Assembly (NCBI GenBank): GCA_011364975.1
Contig: RDOE01000006.1
Span: 1 to 64,000, forward strand
Direction of reading: 5' to 3'
Length of the DNA stretch: 64,000 nucleotides
Source: Promethearchaeota archaeon
Lineage (GTDB): Archaea; Asgardarchaeota; Lokiarchaeia; Sigyniarchaeales; SOKP01
Under the pieces are notes generated by a model that made no database searches, was not told the DNA's origin, and worked only from the letters and a program-made list of their open reading frames with translations. Within the stretch, counting starts at the first letter, position 1. Every line of letters starts with the position of its first letter. The position numbers were made by a program, and so were the translations under genes. Shown here in pieces: positions 59,659-64,000 of this stretch.

Positions 59659-60384
59659 ATGCAAACTATAAATAAATTAAAGGTTGGAGTAATTTCAGAT
59701 GGGAAATACGGTGAGAGAGCTTACGAGAATATCAAAAAGACCTTTAATACGACTTGGATATTAGTACCAAATATTGAACCCAACATATTAATAGAAGATA
59801 ATCTCGAATTAATAATTCCTGAATGTGATGTTTATATCTCCTATGCTAGACATCCAGATATAATATTGCAAATTGCTGAATTGAAAAAACCATTAATTTT
59901 AGGAGTGCTTCCTGGTTATGGACTTTATCAACAAGCAAAGAATATTAATAATCAAACCATTCACGCTCCTACTATGTGTTCTTTAGAAAATCACACGGGA
60001 ATTGTTGAGGTTGACACATTCATTTCTTTCTATGGAAGACCCATATATGAACTTAAAATAAATGAAGAGGGAATAATCCAACAAATCAAAGTTTTGCGTT
60101 CATCTTTATGCGGATCTTCTGAAGCAGGAGCTAAATTCTTGCTAAATAAACAAGTGAATGAAGAAAACCTTCAACAATTTGCTCTAAACGTTTGCCATGA
60201 GTGCCGAGCTCCGAGATTTGGGCGTACTTGTGATAAAGAAGTAGCAGGAATAATTCATTTGTGCTCATTAATAGAAAAATTTCCTCCTGAAACATATAAT
60301 AAATTTGATAAAGGCCTAATAGAATTTATAGAAAATATTAAAGACCAATATAAAATTAGACATGAAAAATCAATATTAGAGTAA
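59659..60384 (+). CDS. DUF166-like protein
   Basis: DGKYGERAYENI, HPDI, PTMCSL, GRP, VLRSSLCGSS, Cys-containing C-terminus CHECRAPRFGRTC. Confidence 0.7.
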   Translation: MQTINKLKVGVISDGKYGERAYENIKKTFNTTWILVPNIEPNILIEDNLELIIPECDVYISYARHPDIILQIAELKKPLILGVLPGYGLYQQAKNINNQTIHAPTMCSLENHTGIVEVDTFISFYGRPIYELKINEEGIIQQIKVLRSSLCGSSEAGAKFLLNKQVNEENLQQFALNVCHECRAPRFGRTCDKEVAGIIHLCSLIEKFPPETYNKFDKGLIEFIENIKDQYKIRHEKSILE

Positions 60385-60389
60385 TTAAT

Positions 60390-61451
60390 ATGGTTGAAGA
60401 GAAATTTGAAAGTGAAGTTAAAGAAAAATTAGAAGAAAAGAAGGACCAAGAATCTCGAAAGATTAATTATTTTGAAAAGTTGCTACCACTCTGGGTCGCA
60501 ATCTGCATTTTCATTGGGATCTTGCTTTCTCAAATGGTACCACAAATTAGCGAAGCGATTGATTCTCTGCAGATTGGTGGTATTTCAATACCTATAGGGA
60601 TTTGTTTATTTTTAATGATGTATCCCGCAATGTTAAACTTACAAGTTTCTGAACTGAAAAAACTAGGTAAAAACCCGAAACCCATTATTTTAACACTTGT
60701 ATCTAATTGGTTAGTAGCGCCATTTGTAGGTCTAGCAATGGTAAACATTTTTCTACCAGGTGATACAGTAGCCATACGTCAATTAAGTGTAGCTATCATT
60801 TTGTTATCAAGTTCGCCTTGTACTGCGATGGTATTAGTATGGGGTTGGATGGCAAAAGGAAATCAAGAACAAAACGTATTAAACACTAGTTTAAATACAA
60901 TTACAATAATTTTTGGATATGTTGGAATGGTCTCTCTTTTAACAGGTATACAAAATATTCCTATTAATACTTGGCTTTTACTTATTTCACTGATTTTTTT
61001 CATTGGTTTACCCTTAGTTTTGGGGATATTATCTAAAAGATTTATTGTAAGATCAAAAGGCTTAGAATGGTTTAATGATACCTATAGACCTTTCGTGGGA
61101 AAAGTATCGATTGTAGCATTATTAACTACCCTAATAGTCTTATTTTCTTTAAATGGAGATGTCTTGATTAATAATCCTGACTTACTTTTACTTGTTTCTA
61201 TACCATTACTGGTCGGGTTTGTTATCGTAGTTGGCTATAATATCTTAATAACAAAGGTTTTTAAACTGAAATACAAAGAAGCGGTAATAACAGTGATTAT
61301 CGGTTCTTCCAGCCATTTTGAAATTGCAATCGCTACCGCCGTTGCAATGTATGGAATTGGATCATTTGCTGCGTTAGGAACAACGATGGGTTTATTTTGG
61401 GAAGTACCTGTGATGTTGAAAAGTTGGATTTTGGAAATAAAGAGTGATTAA
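60390..61451 (+). CDS. acr3: Acr3-family arsenite efflux transporter
   Basis: FEKLLPLWV, LMMYPAM, SPCTAMVLVW, SSHFEIAIATAV, EVPVML. Confidence 0.93.
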   Translation: MVEEKFESEVKEKLEEKKDQESRKINYFEKLLPLWVAICIFIGILLSQMVPQISEAIDSLQIGGISIPIGICLFLMMYPAMLNLQVSELKKLGKNPKPIILTLVSNWLVAPFVGLAMVNIFLPGDTVAIRQLSVAIILLSSSPCTAMVLVWGWMAKGNQEQNVLNTSLNTITIIFGYVGMVSLLTGIQNIPINTWLLLISLIFFIGLPLVLGILSKRFIVRSKGLEWFNDTYRPFVGKVSIVALLTTLIVLFSLNGDVLINNPDLLLLVSIPLLVGFVIVVGYNILITKVFKLKYKEAVITVIIGSSSHFEIAIATAVAMYGIGSFAALGTTMGLFWEVPVMLKSWILEIKSD

Positions 61452-61497
61452 TTAATTTAAACCGATTACAAAAAAACAAAGAGATGAAAGAGATAAA

Positions 61498-63150
61498 GTG
61501 GCAGTAGTCTATATGAAAAAGTTGGAGGAAGAACCTGAAACCTATGATTCTAAATTTACGACGCTAACAAAAGGTGTTAATATAGACGTTCAGAGTTGGA
61601 TCCTGGAAAAGTTTGATACCAGTCAGTCAATTTTAGACATTGGCTGTGGTCCCGGTACTTTAGCAAAAAAATTAGCTTTAATGGGAAATAAAGTCAAAGC
61701 AATCGATATCAATTTCAAAATGATTAAATACGCGATAGATAATTATCCAACTGAAAAGGAAGTCGATCTCTTATACCAAATCGGATCATTTGAAAATCTA
61801 CAGGAGAATTCTGAGCTTTATGACACCGTAATCAGCACATTTATGATTTCAGAGTTAAATCAAATAGAACAACAAATCTTTTTAAGAACAGTGTGGAAAT
61901 TAATTAAAAATAATGGAAGGTTAATAATCGCTGCGGAATTTATACCATCTGGTTTGTGGAAAATTATCTTTAAATTGAAACGATGGTGGTTTAAAAAGAA
62001 GATACATCGACTACGGTTAAGAGGAACTCATATTATTAAACATTTTTTAGACTACCTAAACCCGATAGGATTTGAGATTATGTCTGAAAAACACTGGAAT
62101 CATGGATCCATTAAGGCATTAGAATTGAAAAAGATCCAAAATAACGAGAACAATGAACCAGGATATTATCGGCCTAAAACTAAAAAATTTACTGGTTTCA
62201 AATCTCAAATTAGAATATATCGTTGTCTTTTTACAGGGCAAGTGGATAGAGTGCCAATAGAACCTGGCCTTTATAGAAGCGGTAACCCTACTGAGGAGTC
62301 TCCTATTGTTGTTACAGCTAATTATGAATATACGTATATAAAAGTTATGCGTGATCTTAGAGATTTGGACGCTTGGGTTTTATGCGTTGATTCAAATGGT
62401 ATAAATGTTTGGTGTGCCGCCCGAGGTAATGATTTTGGCAATAAGCAATTAATCGACGCGGTTAATGGAAGTGGAATTGACAAGATTTCGAAAAATAACA
62501 AATTAATTCTTCCACAATTGTCCGCTGGAGGGATATCAATTCCAAAATTAGCTAAGAATTTTCCATTTAAAATTGTATATGGCCCTGTTTGGTCTAAACA
62601 TTTGAAAAAATTTATAGAAAATCGTCCGATAAAAAAACCAGATTCGATGAAACTCGCAAAATTCACATTTTCCCATAGGATCAGAGCTGGAATCACTCAC
62701 ACAACATTCTTATTTCGTAAGATCTTTTTATATCCTCTTTTAGTTTTGTTGCTTTCACTTTTAATACTCAATCAAATTGACAAGTTATGGTGGATTGGAG
62801 AATTAGCAATATGGATAACTTTTTCAAATGCTGTTATAGCAATTTTTTTCCCCTTATCTAAATTTACAAGGAATTTTATAATAAAAAGTTTATTTTTTGG
62901 AATTTTAAATTTGATACTTTTTAGCTTTATTACTTGGTGGATTCATAATTCGCTCATATTTATGTTAACAAATACAGGAATACTTTTTTGGATAAGTTTT
63001 TTTTCTACTATGTCATTTAGTGGATACACGATGGCTACAAATCCAAGAGAAATTCAAAATGAATATCCCATCTTCCGGAAAATAAATATTAGTCTAATAG
63101 TAATTGTGATAATTTTATTAGGATTAAATATAATATTTTTCATAAATTAA
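61498..63150 (+). CDS. Class I SAM methyltransferase fused to HgcA-like corrinoid-binding domain and TM domain
   Basis: N-terminal ILDIGCGPG; central IEPGLYRSGNPTEESPIVVTANYEYT, VDSNGINVWCAARG, LILPQLSAGG, YGPV; C-terminal 4-5 TM helices with SGYT..REI. Confidence 0.9.
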   Translation: MAVVYMKKLEEEPETYDSKFTTLTKGVNIDVQSWILEKFDTSQSILDIGCGPGTLAKKLALMGNKVKAIDINFKMIKYAIDNYPTEKEVDLLYQIGSFENLQENSELYDTVISTFMISELNQIEQQIFLRTVWKLIKNNGRLIIAAEFIPSGLWKIIFKLKRWWFKKKIHRLRLRGTHIIKHFLDYLNPIGFEIMSEKHWNHGSIKALELKKIQNNENNEPGYYRPKTKKFTGFKSQIRIYRCLFTGQVDRVPIEPGLYRSGNPTEESPIVVTANYEYTYIKVMRDLRDLDAWVLCVDSNGINVWCAARGNDFGNKQLIDAVNGSGIDKISKNNKLILPQLSAGGISIPKLAKNFPFKIVYGPVWSKHLKKFIENRPIKKPDSMKLAKFTFSHRIRAGITHTTFLFRKIFLYPLLVLLLSLLILNQIDKLWWIGELAIWITFSNAVIAIFFPLSKFTRNFIIKSLFFGILNLILFSFITWWIHNSLIFMLTNTGILFWISFFSTMSFSGYTMATNPREIQNEYPIFRKINISLIVIVIILLGLNIIFFIN

Positions 63151-63174
63151 CAATAAATAATATAATTATAATTA

Positions 63175-63510
63175 ATGGTGATGAGAATGGTTGAAGCAAA
63201 TAATAATGCTTGTTGTAATACGAACACATTAGATAATATTCTTAATGTTCTAAATATAAGAATTATGATAAAAGAGCCCGAATGTACGGGTTGCGGACTA
63301 TGTGCTGAAATTTGTCCATTTGGATTACCTAAATCCAATGGGAATGGCAAATTTGAGATACCACATCCAGAATTATGCACCGAATGTAGTGCGTGTCAAC
63401 GAAATTGTCCTGTAAATGCCATTATATTAAATGAACAGAAAGGATGTGGATGTTTATGGAATGCTCGCCAAGCGGTCAAAAACAAACAAAACCAATGTAA
63501 TTGCTCGTAA
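63175..63510 (+). CDS. 2x[4Fe-4S] ferredoxin, HgcB-like
   Basis: CTGCGLCAEICP and CTECSACQRNCPVNAI, plus GCGC, terminal CNC and N-terminal CC; directly after the HgcA-like gene. Confidence 0.85.
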   Translation: MVMRMVEANNNACCNTNTLDNILNVLNIRIMIKEPECTGCGLCAEICPFGLPKSNGNGKFEIPHPELCTECSACQRNCPVNAIILNEQKGCGCLWNARQAVKNKQNQCNCS

Positions 63511-63543
63511 ATAACTAAAAAACAAAGATAGAATGGTGATTTA

Positions 63544-63819
63544 ATGGCTCAACAGAACAATAAGTTGAAGGTAGATATATATGTTCCTTTAGATGCATGT
63601 GCCTGTGAGTGGGATAAGTTCATGAATCGAGTATTTGAGGCAATTACACCTTTCATAAAATATATAAAATATGATACTAAAAATTTAAATTCCGATGAAG
63701 CTCGTAATCTTAATCTACATGGAAATTGTATTGTTGTCGATGGTCAGAGAAAATTTACCGCGGCTTATCTTTTAAAAAAGGAATTGCCTAATATTTTACG
63801 GGAAAAAGGGATTATTTAA
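63544..63819 (+). CDS. Small thioredoxin-fold-like protein with CxC motif
   Basis: VDIYVPLDACACEW and CIVVDG pattern. Confidence 0.55.
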   Translation: MAQQNNKLKVDIYVPLDACACEWDKFMNRVFEAITPFIKYIKYDTKNLNSDEARNLNLHGNCIVVDGQRKFTAAYLLKKELPNILREKGII

Positions 63820-63854
63820 ATTATTTAAAATTAATTTAGGTTTTGGAGGTAAAA

Positions 63855-64000
63855 ATTATTAAAAAGATTCATTTTGAAATCAGCTTACCTATAAAAGGGC
63901 TTCAGCAAGGTAAAAAGTATGACATCAATATTAGAGATGAGGGAACATTTTTAGAAGCTTTAGCTCTAGTTGATAAAGTAGAAATGGAGGCACCTGAAGG
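63855..64000 (+). CDS. Partial ORF running off the window end, possibly beta-grasp/ubiquitin-like fold
   Basis: GGAGGT then ATT ATT AAA AAG..: IIKKIHFEISLPIKGLQQGKKYDINIRDEGTFLEALALVDK; an in-frame TTG also exists at 63843. Confidence 0.45.
   Translation, partial: MIKKIHFEISLPIKGLQQGKKYDINIRDEGTFLEALALVDKVEMEAPE

Noticed and set aside
61498-63150. Ordinary Wood-Ljungdahl corrinoid Fe-S protein subunit (CdhD/CdhE), or plain ArsM
   Set aside because: Has the Cys-containing NVWCA cap helix and a TM domain and lacks the CdhE Fe-S and TIM-barrel regions; the methyltransferase domain has only the Cys of the DIGCG motif, not the ArsM catalytic cysteines
5885-63380. Short overlapping ORFs in the track (e.g. 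5885, 7965, 9227, 11493, 14068, 14846, 18562, 18585, 19896, 20986, 23060, 29556, 30686, 32106, 32896, 33466, 39968, 42317, 43755, 45681, 45810, 46780, 49465, 51513, 52212, 53618, 60530, 62322, 63147)
   Set aside because: All overlap well-supported genes on the opposite strand or in another frame and show no recognisable motifs
1-64000. CRISPR array, rRNA, or SRP/RNase P RNA genes
   Set aside because: No regularly spaced repeats, and no extended GC-rich structured non-coding region beyond the four tRNAs and the 11153-11254 element

Overview
AT-rich archaeal chromosomal window whose gene content best fits Asgard archaea, Lokiarchaeia-like (inference from archaeal translation genes, roadblock/longin-like proteins, an atypical small GTPase and SCP2 paralogues). 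It holds: (i) the conserved eS19-PDCD5-eL39-eL31-aIF6-eL20-prefoldin-FtsY-SecE cluster, interrupted by a CocE/NonD hydrolase and a lone BRCT ORF; (ii) four tRNAs (Gly-TCC, Phe-GAA, Arg-TCG, Asp-GTC), three with BHB introns at non-canonical positions; (iii) an alkylation-repair cluster (Ogt, SplB-like radical SAM, AlkD-like, AidB-like); (iv) a Thermotoga-type myo-inositol pathway (IolG/M/N/O plus MFS) with UxuAB elsewhere in the window; (v) four SCP2 lipid-carrier genes around tRNA-Asp; (vi) an operon of a degenerate AAA+ protein, an SMC5/6-like SMC, a kleisin and a KITE-like protein; (vii) an ArsR/Acr3 locus containing a SAM-methyltransferase fused to an HgcA-like corrinoid membrane protein, followed by an HgcB-like ferredoxin, the strongest candidate for an undescribed system. 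Several conserved genes appear to start at non-canonical codons (ATT/ATA/ACG). No CRISPR, rRNA or transposase was seen. All family calls come from motif recognition by eye, not from database searches.
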